Shown one piece after another: positions 1 to 8,718 of a DNA stretch of 32,000 bases (its first letter is position 1; every line of letters starts with the position of its first letter). The position numbers were made by a program, and so were the translations under genes. Under the pieces are notes generated by a model. It was not told where the DNA came from. It worked only from the letters and a program-made list of their open reading frames with translations, and did not search any database. Origin of the DNA: Alkanindiges illinoisensis DSM 15370 (GTDB lineage Bacteria > Pseudomonadota > Gammaproteobacteria > Pseudomonadales > Moraxellaceae). The stretch lies in contig NZ_JHUX01000003.1 in the NCBI RefSeq assembly GCF_000619845.1, positions 180,001-212,000 on the forward strand, given 5' to 3'.

Positions 1-2207
1 GGTGGTACCAGACCATGTTCCGGATGCTGCCAGCGGACCAGTGCTTCAAAACTAGTGATTTTGCCTGTTGCCGTATTAATCTTGGGCTGGTAATACACCA
101 CAAATTCATCATTAATGAGTGCCTTGCGTAGCGCATTTTCAAGGTTAACCCGGTTACTGGCAGGAACGCGCTCATCCTTGGTGTAAAAACGCGCAGTATT
201 GCCGCCCAGCCGTTTGGCTTCCTGTAGGGCTTTTTCAGCATGGTTAGACAGGCTATCCACCTGACGGCCGTGATCTGGATACATGGCAATTCCGATGGAC
301 AGGGTAACAATCAATTCCTGATCCTGCACCATAAACGGTTGCTCGAACGCATGCATAATTTTTTTACACTGCGATTTAATATCAGAGTTTCTAAAGCGGT
401 TGCTCTCATAAATAATGGCAAAATCATCACCGCCCAGACGCGCCACCATAATGGAATCACCATTGAGGGTGAGCAGGCGTTTGGCCACCTGTTGCAGCAA
501 AATATCGCCGCCATCATTTTGTAGTGAATCATTTAAAAAGCGGAAGCGGTCAATGTTAAGCCGTATCAGGGCAAATTTTTCTTTCTTGTCATGGCTGCCA
601 ATCATCAGTTGATGCAGCTGGGTCTTGAACAGATTGCGGTTGGGCAGGTCTGTGAGCGCATCATAGTTGGATAAATAAGACAGGCGGCGCTCATCATTTT
701 TGCGCTGGGTCAGGTCAGATAAAATCCCAATATAGTGGGTGATGCGTTCATCTTCATTTTTAATGGAATTGATATGAATCCACAGTGGTAGCTCTTCACC
801 CTTGGCATCACGCTCAACAATTTCGCCTTCAAACTCGCCAGTCTGCATGAGTGCCTTAAGAATCTCTGCATGCTGTTTCTGGATTTTTTCACCATTATGC
901 TGATAGCTGAACACATGACTGCCAATAAAATAGTCACGGGGCAGTCCCATAATTTCTTCAAAGCGTGGATTGGTATCCAGATAATGCAGTTTGCTGTCCA
1001 GAATGAAAATCCCTTCAGCCGCTCGTTCAAACACACTGGCAGACAGTTTTAGGCGTTCGGCTACTACTTTTTCATCATTAATATTGCGGCGAATACCAAC
1101 CATACGTAATGGCTGCTGGTTTTTGGAGTCACGCTGGATCACGCGGCCCATGTCATGCACCCACACCCAGTAGCCTTTTTTATGTCGAATGCGGTACACG
1201 CTTTCGTAGCGGTCACTGTGGTTGCGTAAATGGGTAGAAATAGCAGCTTTTACCTTGGGGAAGTCTTCCGGGTGAATCAGCCGGCGAATATTGCCGCTGT
1301 AATCATTAATTTCTTCGTTCTGATAACCCAGAATCTGGTCAAAGTTGGTGGTCTGAATGGTTCTGCTTTTAATATCCCAGTCCCAACTGCCAATGCCAGC
1401 GGTTTGGTGCGCCATTTCCAGACTTTGCTTGGAACGCTCCAGGCTGGAGTTGATTTGTTGAATATCAAAGGTGCGTTCACGGACTTTTTCTTCAAGGCGC
1501 TGGTTGGTTTGTTGCAGTTTCCATTCTACGGCACGGCGTTCCAGCATTTCCTGTTCCAGTTGCTGATACGCCTGTTCAGTGATACTGCGCTGGTGTTCGG
1601 CATGCTCAACCAGATTATCATTGCGGATTACCAGCCAGGTTAAGCGGTCACGGGTTTTGTACAAGTGATGGCCGCAAAACAGCATAAAAAGAATATAAAT
1701 GTCATTAATCAGATAAAACGGGTCATTTAATGAAAAACTGGGCCAGTTGCTCAGCTGCATGGTCAGGATAGGAGCCATGCTGGTCAGAACGAGTAGATAA
1801 AAGCAGCGAATACGGATGGTCAGGCTAATCAGGCCGAGAACATGCGCAAATACCACAATGGTATAAAACACATAAAAATTAGGTTCAAGCGGAGTGTTGG
1901 TTGGTACATCAATCAACCGCAGGCCCATAATGATTTGCCCAAAGGCAAAGATCAAGCCAAAAATAAACGAATTGATTTGCAGGTATAAATCAGCAAAGGC
2001 AGCCTTGAGTTTATAGGTTTTGGCATTGAGCTGAACATTGATGATGGCTGATAGGGCCACCACCAGGGTAGACACCATACACCATGTGGTGAGGTGTTTA
2101 TAATTCACCAAAGAAGATTGCTTATAAAACAGATAAGTAATAAGAATGAGACCTACAGCGCCCAGAAGTTGCAGGTTTTGCTGCTGCTGGGTTTCTGTAA
2201 TCTGCAT
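1..2207 (-). CDS. Membrane-anchored PAS-PAS-GGDEF(degenerate)-EAL cyclic-di-GMP signalling protein; C-terminus lies beyond the window edge
   Basis: The minus-strand frame is open from ATG 2207 to position 1. It is missing from the ORF track because it has no stop in the window. Hand translation gives MQITETQQQQNLQLLGAVGLILITYLF..., about 190 aa with 5-6 hydrophobic helices, then a coiled-coil linker. Two PAS/PAC modules follow (GIGSWDWDIKSRT...HKKGYWVWVHDMGRV; SVFERAAEGIFILD...PLWIHINSI). Next comes a GGDEF-type domain (YDALTDLPNRNLF...ARLGGDDFAIIY) and the start of an EAL domain (EFVVYYQPKI...SFEALVRWQHPEHGLV). Confidence 0.85.
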   Translation of the reverse strand, partial: MQITETQQQQNLQLLGAVGLILITYLFYKQSSLVNYKHLTTWCMVSTLVVALSAIINVQLNAKTYKLKAAFADLYLQINSFIFGLIFAFGQIIMGLRLIDVPTNTPLEPNFYVFYTIVVFAHVLGLISLTIRIRCFYLLVLTSMAPILTMQLSNWPSFSLNDPFYLINDIYILFMLFCGHHLYKTRDRLTWLVIRNDNLVEHAEHQRSITEQAYQQLEQEMLERRAVEWKLQQTNQRLEEKVRERTFDIQQINSSLERSKQSLEMAHQTAGIGSWDWDIKSRTIQTTNFDQILGYQNEEINDYSGNIRRLIHPEDFPKVKAAISTHLRNHSDRYESVYRIRHKKGYWVWVHDMGRVIQRDSKNQQPLRMVGIRRNINDEKVVAERLKLSASVFERAAEGIFILDSKLHYLDTNPRFEEIMGLPRDYFIGSHVFSYQHNGEKIQKQHAEILKALMQTGEFEGEIVERDAKGEELPLWIHINSIKNEDERITHYIGILSDLTQRKNDERRLSYLSNYDALTDLPNRNLFKTQLHQLMIGSHDKKEKFALIRLNIDRFRFLNDSLQNDGGDILLQQVAKRLLTLNGDSIMVARLGGDDFAIIYESNRFRNSDIKSQCKKIMHAFEQPFMVQDQELIVTLSIGIAMYPDHGRQVDSLSNHAEKALQEAKRLGGNTARFYTKDERVPASNRVNLENALRKALINDEFVVYYQPKINTATGKITSFEALVRWQHPEHGLVP

Positions 2208-2487
2208 ATTAAAAATACGCTGATAGAGATCCTTGTCGAGGCGCTGTTCAATCATCCTGATTAAGCTCCAGACATTCCTGCTGAATGAAGGGATGATTTA
2301 TTTAAAATCCGATTTTCTGGCGCTGACTTAAACATGTTTATCCTAAATAGTGCTTCTTGATTTTGAACGCGATAACGAACAGATCAATTTCTGGTAATCC
2401 CTACCATACCGCCTGACTATAACATAGCTTGTTGATTAACGAACTTCAATCATTATGCTCATAAACTCTCCGCAAATGATGTAATTT

Positions 2488-3231
2488 TTAAAACTGTTTT
2501 GCCTGATTGCAGGAAGAATAAGCAAATAAAAGCGCAGACATAGCAGCCACGGGCGCAGTTTCTGTTCTTAAGATTCGCTCACCCAGTGTCCAGCATTCAA
2601 AATTGTTGGAACTGGCCAGTTCTATTTCTGCGCTGCTTAACCCACCTTCCGGCCCCACCAGCAAATATAACGACTGCGGAAAAGGTGTGGTAAAACTTAC
2701 AGGATTGCGGGCTGGGGCTAAAACCAGCTTGCGTGCTTCAATGGATTCAAGCTGGATAAACCATTCCTGTAATGACAAAGGTGGCAAAATTTGTGGAACC
2801 CGGTTCATGCCACATTGTTCACACGCCGCAATGGCCACCTGCTGCCAGTGTTCAATTTTCTTTTGGTCGCGTTCATATTTCAGGCGCATTTCACAGCGTT
2901 CACTCACCAGCAATTGAATCGCATGCACACCCAGTTCCGTGGCTTTCTGAATGGCATAATCCATCCGGTCACCTTTGCTCATCACCTGACCAAGCGTAAC
3001 CTGATAACCCGGTGTGCGATCCTCTGCGTTAAACTGCGCCAATAGCACGCTGGCTGTCTTTTTCTGGACATCGGTCAGCGTTGCAATATATTCCCCGCCC
3101 TGGCTATTAAACAAAATCGCCTGTTCGCCAGTTTGTGCCCGAAGCACTCGCACCCAGTGGTGAAATACATTTTCAGGCAGGCTCAGTGTTTCATTCAGGC
3201 TTAAAGGCAGATCAACATAAAAACGGTTCAT
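2488..3231 (-). CDS. rsmE: 16S rRNA (uracil1498-N3)-methyltransferase RsmE
   Basis: 247-aa ORF with the RsmE layout: N-terminal MNRFYV..., and C-terminal SPOUT motifs LLVGPEGGLSSAEIE and GERILRTETAPVAA. Confidence 0.9.
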   Translation of the reverse strand: MNRFYVDLPLSLNETLSLPENVFHHWVRVLRAQTGEQAILFNSQGGEYIATLTDVQKKTASVLLAQFNAEDRTPGYQVTLGQVMSKGDRMDYAIQKATELGVHAIQLLVSERCEMRLKYERDQKKIEHWQQVAIAACEQCGMNRVPQILPPLSLQEWFIQLESIEARKLVLAPARNPVSFTTPFPQSLYLLVGPEGGLSSAEIELASSNNFECWTLGERILRTETAPVAAMSALLFAYSSCNQAKQF

Positions 3232-3286
3232 GAGCAGCTCTATTTTCGGGAATCAGGTGTCGGGTCACAGTAATCAAGAATGAAAT

Positions 3287-4693
3287 TTACGGAAGGTTAA
3301 ACATAGCAGGCATTGATGTCTCAGCCAATGAAACCGATTGACGAACCGCCCAGTCAATAGCGCGGCTTGTAATGTCAAACATCTGGTCAATTTCATCAGC
3401 AGTAATACAATAGGGTGGAATAAAATAAACATGGTTGCCAATTGGGCGAATCAATAAGCCATGTCGCAAAGCATATTGTGCCATCAGGCGTCCGCGTTGC
3501 TGTACTGCCGGGTAGGGCTGACCATTGGCTTGTATCAGATCAAAGGCTGCAATCATGCCTGTTTGCCGGCAATGTGCCACATGAGGATGGGTGGCCAGTT
3601 CCGCCAGTTTGATCTTAAACTGCTGAATGCGCTGCTGGTTTTTTTGTAAGGTATTTTCTTGTGCAAAAATAGCCAGCGAGGCCAGTGCCGCACGGGCTGC
3701 CAGTGGATTGCCGGTAAAACTGTGAGAATGCAAAAAGCCCTTGGCCACATCCGGACTATAAAATGCTTGATAAACCTCATCAGTGGTCATTACACAGGAC
3801 ATGGGCAAATAGCCGCCGGTTAAGCCTTTGGATAAGCAAAGAAAATCAGGACAAATGCCAGCCTGCTCATGGGCAAACAAGGTACCGGTACGGCCAAAGC
3901 CAACCGCAATTTCATCCAGAATCAGGTGAATCTGATGCTCATCACAGAGTTGCCGCAACCAGGTTAGATATATTGGCGGATACATTTTCATGCCAGCCGC
4001 ACCCTGTACCAGCGGTTCAACAATAATGGCACAAATGCGTCCCTGATTTTCCTCAACCAGTGCTTTAAGCGCGCTAAAGCGTTGCCCTAAAAATTCTTCA
4101 TCGCTTTGATTAGGGGCTTTTAAAGATAAATCTGGGGTAGGTGCACGCAAATGCTGAATCAGTAAAGGCCGATACTGGCTGGAAAACAGCGGAATATCGG
4201 TCACGCTCAGGCTGCCGAGTGTTTCACCATGATAGCCATTTTCAAGGGAAATAAAGGTATTACGCTCAGGTTGTCCTGATTTATGTCCTACAGTTTGAGG
4301 CCCTGCTGTTTGATGCCAGAATTGCAAACTCATTTTTAGCGCCACTTCCACTGCTGCCGAGCCGCTATCGGCAAAAAAGCAACGGGTCAGCGGTGGTAAA
4401 GTGACTGCAACCAATTGAGCAGCCAGTTGTTCAATAGGACTATGGGTAAACCCCGCCAGAATCACTTGTTCAAATTGTTCCAGTTGATCAGTAATGGCTG
4501 CATTAATTGCCGAATGGCTGTGCCCGTGTAGATTCACCCACCATGAGCTAATGCCATCCAGTATCGGCTCACCATTATCCAGATACAGGTAAGCTCCCTT
4601 GGCGCGGGCAATCTTCGGTACAGGATTAATATCCTGCTGGTACATCTGGGTACAAGGATGCCAAAGCGCAGAAGAGCGTGCAGAGGTTTGCAT
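3287..4693 (-). CDS. bioA: Adenosylmethionine-8-amino-7-oxononanoate aminotransferase (BioA)
   Basis: Class-III aminotransferase/BioA motifs: LWHPCTQM, SSWWVNLHGHSH, LILDEIAVGFGRTGTLFA, and the PLP-lysine context FLCLSKGLTGGYLP. The first ATG is at 4693 (MQTSARS...). The track start at 4708 is a TTG overlapping the stop of the upstream ORF (TTGA) and remains an alternative start. Confidence 0.88.
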   Translation of the reverse strand: MQTSARSSALWHPCTQMYQQDINPVPKIARAKGAYLYLDNGEPILDGISSWWVNLHGHSHSAINAAITDQLEQFEQVILAGFTHSPIEQLAAQLVAVTLPPLTRCFFADSGSAAVEVALKMSLQFWHQTAGPQTVGHKSGQPERNTFISLENGYHGETLGSLSVTDIPLFSSQYRPLLIQHLRAPTPDLSLKAPNQSDEEFLGQRFSALKALVEENQGRICAIIVEPLVQGAAGMKMYPPIYLTWLRQLCDEHQIHLILDEIAVGFGRTGTLFAHEQAGICPDFLCLSKGLTGGYLPMSCVMTTDEVYQAFYSPDVAKGFLHSHSFTGNPLAARAALASLAIFAQENTLQKNQQRIQQFKIKLAELATHPHVAHCRQTGMIAAFDLIQANGQPYPAVQQRGRLMAQYALRHGLLIRPIGNHVYFIPPYCITADEIDQMFDITSRAIDWAVRQSVSLAETSMPAMFNLP

Positions 4694-4704
4694 AGCGGGT
4701 CTTT

Positions 4705-5055
4705 TCAATAAAATCGGGATTTGAAAAACTGATGAGCTGATTTGCTAAGTATGTGCTGAAGTTTTAGGGCAAATAAGGCATATAGCATCAGAGTTAGTGC
4801 CAGCCCAAACCATAGCAGAGAATATGTAAGAGAGTGAGACTGCCTAACGATAAACTGATAAAAAATAAGCAATGCGCTCAGCGCAGCCAGCAACCGGATG
4901 CAGCGCAATAGCTGATTGACTATAAGTCCTGTACCTAGAACAACCATGACCAAACCGGGCAATACAATCATCAATAGCATGAGCAACAGGCCAAATATCA
5001 TCAGGGTAATGCCGCATGTAAGCCGCAATACCTTGAGAATATTTGAAAGGCACAT
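4705..5055 (-). CDS. Hypothetical small integral-membrane protein (116 aa)
   Basis: ATG-initiated ORF packed between metF (18 nt upstream) and bioA (its stop overlaps a possible TTG start of bioA). It has three to four long hydrophobic stretches (ITLMIFGLLLMLLMIVLPGLVMVVLGTGLIV; LLAALSALLIFYQFIV; LLWFGLALTLMLYALFAL). No family was recognised and no clear SD is present. Confidence 0.45.
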   Translation of the reverse strand: MCLSNILKVLRLTCGITLMIFGLLLMLLMIVLPGLVMVVLGTGLIVNQLLRCIRLLAALSALLIFYQFIVRQSHSLTYSLLWFGLALTLMLYALFALKLQHILSKSAHQFFKSRFY

Positions 5056-5073
5056 TGATCAGTTGATTTACTG

Positions 5074-5904
5074 TTAAGCCAAGCCTAAATCCTTGACCAG
5101 TTGACGCGTTGGTTCGGTCTGGTTCATGGTGTAAAAATGCAGCGCAGGCGCACCGCCTTCAATTAAGCGTTGGCATAACTTGACCACAACTTCATGGCCA
5201 AATGCACGAATACTGGCACTGTCATCACCATAGGCGGCCAGTTGCTTGCGAATCCAGCGCGGAATCTCGGCACCCGTTGAATCAGCAAAACGGATCAGGT
5301 TGCTGGCATTGGTAATGGGCATAATGCCGGGAATGATTGGCGCATCAATACCTAGTTGCTTGATGCGGTCAATAAAATAAAAGTAGCTGTCTGTGTTAAA
5401 GAAAAACTGGGTAATCGCCGCATTGGCTCCTGCCCGGACTTTTTCAGCAAAGCGCTCAATATCCTGATCAAAGCTGGACGCTTGCGGATGCATTTCAGGG
5501 TAAGCTGCCACTTCAACATGAAAATAATCGCCTGAATGATCACGGATAAAACGTACCAGATCAGTGGCATAAGGCAGTTCGCCCAAGCCAACCTGACCAG
5601 ATGGCAAATCACCCCGCAATGCCACCAGACGGTTAATGCCTTTGGCCTTATAAATGTCCAGCAGTTCAGCAATGCGTGCCTTATCATCACCAATACAGGA
5701 CAGGTGAGGCGCTACAGGCGCACCCTGACCATGCAGTGCATCAATGGTAGACAAGGTACGTTCACGGGTAGAACCACCAGCACCATAAGTGACTGAAAAA
5801 TATTGTGGATTAAGCTGTTGCAGCTCCTGATGCACCACAATCAGCTTTTCGGCGCCTACATCAGTTTTGGGCGGGAAAAACTCAAAAGAAATTGAAGTTG
5901 CCAT
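5074..5904 (-). CDS. metF: 5,10-methylenetetrahydrofolate reductase (MetF)
   Basis: 276-aa ORF starting MATSISFEFFPPKT, with SVTYGAGGSTRERT and LVALRGDLP, typical of bacterial MTHFR. Confidence 0.9.
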   Translation of the reverse strand: MATSISFEFFPPKTDVGAEKLIVVHQELQQLNPQYFSVTYGAGGSTRERTLSTIDALHGQGAPVAPHLSCIGDDKARIAELLDIYKAKGINRLVALRGDLPSGQVGLGELPYATDLVRFIRDHSGDYFHVEVAAYPEMHPQASSFDQDIERFAEKVRAGANAAITQFFFNTDSYFYFIDRIKQLGIDAPIIPGIMPITNASNLIRFADSTGAEIPRWIRKQLAAYGDDSASIRAFGHEVVVKLCQRLIEGGAPALHFYTMNQTEPTRQLVKDLGLA

Positions 5905-5935
5905 GTCTCAACCATTGATAAAATAAATACGAATT

Positions 5936-5970
5936 TTAAAAACCGCCAGACAGAAATGACTGCTGGCGGC
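5936..5970 (-). terminator. Rho-independent terminator between ahcY and metF
   Basis: On the minus strand CCGCCAG (5969-5963) pairs with CTGGCGG (5949-5943) across a 13-nt loop, followed by TTTTTAAAA. It lies about 65 nt after the ahcY stop. Confidence 0.6.
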
Positions 5971-6036
5971 ATGTTGTCTTTAAAACATAGTGACTTTAAA
6001 AGACAGTAACTTTAAAACAGAGTAGCTATTTTAAAA

Positions 6037-7449
6037 TTAATACTTATAGCTGTCAGTCTTGAATGGCCCTTCAACCGGAACGCCCAGATAGTCAGCCTGT
6101 GCCTGGGTCAACTGGGTGAGTACACCACCAAAACCTGCAACCATAGCAGCTGCGACTTCTTCATCCAGTTTTTTCGGTAGAACTTCAACACGAATGCGGC
6201 CAGCTTTCTGATCACTTGGCAAATCAGCAAATTTTTCCTTGAACAGGTGCATTTGTGCCAGTACCTGATTGGCGAAAGAGCCGTCCATAATACGGGAAGG
6301 GTGACCTGTTGCATTACCGAGGTTTACCAGACGGCCTTCAGACAACAGAATTAGATAATCATCGCTGGCATCAGAGCGGAATACCTGATGAACCTGCGGC
6401 TTCACCTCTTCCCAGCGATAGTTTTTGCGCAGGTAAGCGGTATCAATTTCGGTATCAAAGTGACCAATGTTACAAACTACGGCACCTTTTTTCAGGGTAT
6501 TTAACATGGCGCTGTCACACACTTTGTCATTACCTGTCGTGGTGACAATCAGGTCAGTTGTGCTAAGCAGCGCCTGATTAATGTCTGCTTCTATACCTGT
6601 AACAATACCGTTGTTATAGGGAGAAACCACTTCATAGCCATCCATACAGGCTTGCATGGCACAAATTGGATCAACTTCAGAAACACGTACAATCATGCCT
6701 TCCTGACGCAAAGACTGTGCAGAGCCTTTACCTACATCACCATAACCAATCACCAGCGCACGACGGCCAGATAGCAGCATGTCGGTAGCGCGCTTAATGG
6801 CATCGTTTAAGGAATGACGGCAGCCGTATTTGTTGTCATTCTTGGATTTGGTGACAGAATCATTCACATTAATGGCAGGTACTTTAAGGGAACCCGCATG
6901 ATGCATTTCAATTAAACGCATGACACCAGTGGTGGTTTCTTCGGTCACACCGTGAATATTGTCCAGCAGTTGCGGATATTTTTTATGGATTAAACCCGTC
7001 AGGTCACCGCCATCGTCCAGAATCATATTGGCTGGCCACAACTCATCTGTGCCATTTACATGAATCTGCTGTTCCAGACACCATTCATACTCAGCTTCGG
7101 TTTCACCTTTCCAGGCAAATACCGGCACACCACTGGCAGCAATGGCAGCAGCAGCATGATCCTGTGTCGAGAAAATATTGCAGGACGTCCAGCGTACTTC
7201 GGCACCCAGATCAATCAGGGTTTCAATTAATACCGCAGTCTGGATCGTCATGTGGATGCAACCCAGAATCCTGGCACCTGCAAGTGGCTTTTCACTGGAA
7301 TAACGACGGCGTAGACCCATCAGGGCAGGCATTTCTGCTTCAGCCAGCGAGATTTCCTTGCGACCAAAGTCGGCTAGACGAATATCAGCAACTTTGTAAT
7401 CAGTAAATTCAGAGGAATTTGAAATAGAAGACGCACTAACCGCGTTCAT
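6037..7449 (-). CDS. ahcY: Adenosylhomocysteinase (S-adenosyl-L-homocysteine hydrolase)
   Basis: Begins MNAVSASS...[33 protein letters not shown] and has the NAD-binding motif [12 protein letters not shown] and a C-terminal ...[13 protein letters not shown] 7449 is preceded by AAGGAG with a 6-nt spacer. The longer track ORF (from 7548) reads through the leader/riboswitch and is not credible. Confidence 0.93.
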   Translation of the reverse strand: MNAVSASSISNSSEFTDYKVADIRLADFGRKEISLAEAEMPALMGLRRRYSSEKPLAGARILGCIHMTIQTAVLIETLIDLGAEVRWTSCNIFSTQDHAAAAIAASGVPVFAWKGETEAEYEWCLEQQIHVNGTDELWPANMILDDGGDLTGLIHKKYPQLLDNIHGVTEETTTGVMRLIEMHHAGSLKVPAINVNDSVTKSKNDNKYGCRHSLNDAIKRATDMLLSGRRALVIGYGDVGKGSAQSLRQEGMIVRVSEVDPICAMQACMDGYEVVSPYNNGIVTGIEADINQALLSTTDLIVTTTGNDKVCDSAMLNTLKKGAVVCNIGHFDTEIDTAYLRKNYRWEEVKPQVHQVFRSDASDDYLILLSEGRLVNLGNATGHPSRIMDGSFANQVLAQMHLFKEKFADLPSDQKAGRIRVEVLPKKLDEEVAAAMVAGFGGVLTQLTQAQADYLGVPVEGPFKTDSYKY

Positions 7450-7478
7450 GAGGATCTCCTTAAGATCAATCAATTCGC

Positions 7479-7550
7479 GGATGCCGTTCACTAAATGACG
7501 TGCTTGAGCCTGGCAGTATATTGGTTTTACTGTTGCAGCACCCCTCAAGA
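7479..7550 (-). promoter_or_regulatory. SAH (S-adenosylhomocysteine) riboswitch in the ahcY leader
   Basis: The minus-strand RNA reads CUUGAGGGGUGCUGCAAC-[CAGUA aaaccaaua UACUG]-CCAGGCUCAAGCA-N12-AACGGCAUCC. P1 pairs CUUGAG (7549-7544) with CUCAAG (7508-7503), and there is an internal 5-bp hairpin. The conserved GAGG..GCUGC..CAGGCUC..AACGGC core is present. The 3' tail GGCAUC can pair with GGUGCU as a pseudoknot, with compensatory changes relative to the AGCGCU/GGCGCU pairing I remember from the class consensus. The element sits directly upstream of ahcY, its classic target gene. Confidence 0.78.
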
Positions 7551-7893
7551 CCCGCCAATTTTACGCAATTGTTAACGCAGTTCCAAGACTTACAGAAGAA
7601 ATAAATAAATTAAAAATCTAAAACGGAAGGGTTTTGTTAAAAAATTGAGAAATAAGCACTTTTAGCGCATAATTTTGATGTAAGGTAACAAACACAAGGG
7701 AATTATGAAGTTTGCTTGGCTTTCATAATAAAAAATAGCCTACTGAAAATTAAACACTTTTTATAAATTGTGTCAAAACTTTACAGAAACTCTATAAAAA
7801 TAGTGAATTCGGTGACTGAAATTCATCTTCAACCTGTGTTTAATAGCACTTGACCGATAGATAGACGCAAAAATCCTTTGAGGAGTTAATCAT

Positions 7894-8616
7894 ATGAAAA
7901 CTTTACGTGTTTTAGCAGTATCTGCTGCTGTACTTGCAGTAACCAGCCCAGCATTTGCTGACGAAAAAGTAGTAACTGATGAAGGTATTGCTACTTTCTC
8001 TTTTTTTAAGCCTGCTTCTGTACGTATTGAGGGTGGTACTACAGGTTACGGTGGTGCGATTGCTTACGGCGTAAACCAGTATACTGATGTGGTACTGGGT
8101 TATAACGGCGGTGACGCTGCTGATCTGGTTGGCGGTGAAGTAAAATATAATGGCGTTGAATACGATCTGGAGCAGGATAACAATACTGCTTACCTGAACG
8201 CTGAAATTCGTCCGTTTGGCAACTGGTTCCATGTTGCGTTAGGTACAGCCTATAACGACAACGAATATAAAGTAAGCACCCGTAACAACCGTGGTGATAT
8301 TACTATTAACGGTACCAAGTTTGATAACGCTACTGCCAACGTTCGTGGCCGTATCAACTATAAAAATGATATCGTTCCATACATCGGCTTTGGCGTATCT
8401 CCTTCAATCACCAGCCGCATTGGCCTGTTCGCTCAGGTAGGTGCTTTTTATAATGGGAACCCAGAAGTTCATTTAGACACTGATACACCATTAGCTACTG
8501 GTAATAACGGTCAAACCCTGCGTGCTGCCTTGGATGAAGAAGAGCGCGATATCCGCAATGATGACAAATACAAGTGGATGCCAGTTGGTAAAGTAGGTTT
8601 AAGCTTCCGCTTCTAA
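7894..8616 (+). CDS. carO: CarO-family outer-membrane beta-barrel channel
   Basis: It has a signal peptide (MKTLRVLAVSAAVLAVTSPAFA|DE), a GAGGAG SD 8 nt upstream, and a C-terminal aromatic residue (VGLSFRF). Blocks GGTTGYGGA, LGYNGGD, YLNAEIRPFG, YKNDIVPYIGFG, IRNDDKYKWMPVGKVG match my recollection of Acinetobacter CarO. Codon usage looks like that of a highly expressed gene. Confidence 0.85.
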   Translation: MKTLRVLAVSAAVLAVTSPAFADEKVVTDEGIATFSFFKPASVRIEGGTTGYGGAIAYGVNQYTDVVLGYNGGDAADLVGGEVKYNGVEYDLEQDNNTAYLNAEIRPFGNWFHVALGTAYNDNEYKVSTRNNRGDITINGTKFDNATANVRGRINYKNDIVPYIGFGVSPSITSRIGLFAQVGAFYNGNPEVHLDTDTPLATGNNGQTLRAALDEEERDIRNDDKYKWMPVGKVGLSFRF

Positions 8617-8638
8617 TCTACAGGCCTCCTGTAAAATT

Positions 8639-8666
8639 AAAAAGCAGACTTCGGTCTGCTTTTTTT
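8639..8666. terminator. Bidirectional rho-independent terminator between carO and cysB
   Basis: AAAAAGCAGAC-TTCG-GTCTGCTTTTTTT is a perfect GC-containing stem flanked by an A-run and a T-run, placed between convergent genes. Confidence 0.85.
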
Positions 8667-8718
8667 ATGGCTTAAAAACTAAAATTTTTGAAATAGTTCC
8701 AAAATTAACAGCCCAAGA

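Noticed and set aside
2209-2256. ATG at 2256 as the start of the c-di-GMP protein (MIEQRLDKDLYQ...)
   Set aside because: Codon-by-codon reading shows that frame hits TAA after 15 codons (…CAG GCG TAT TTT TAA). The long open frame is the one starting at ATG 2207, and an in-frame TGA at 2255-2253 closes it upstream.
7450-7548. Upstream-extended starts proposed by the ORF track for ahcY (7548); the same issue applies to nadB (19210), sbp (14534), cysW (11920), cysT (12741), the hydrolase (13425) and mltG (15586)
   Set aside because: The extensions have no similarity to the N-termini of the respective families and lack an SD. Internal starts have good SD sequences and align with the known N-termini. 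For ahcY the extension covers the riboswitch.
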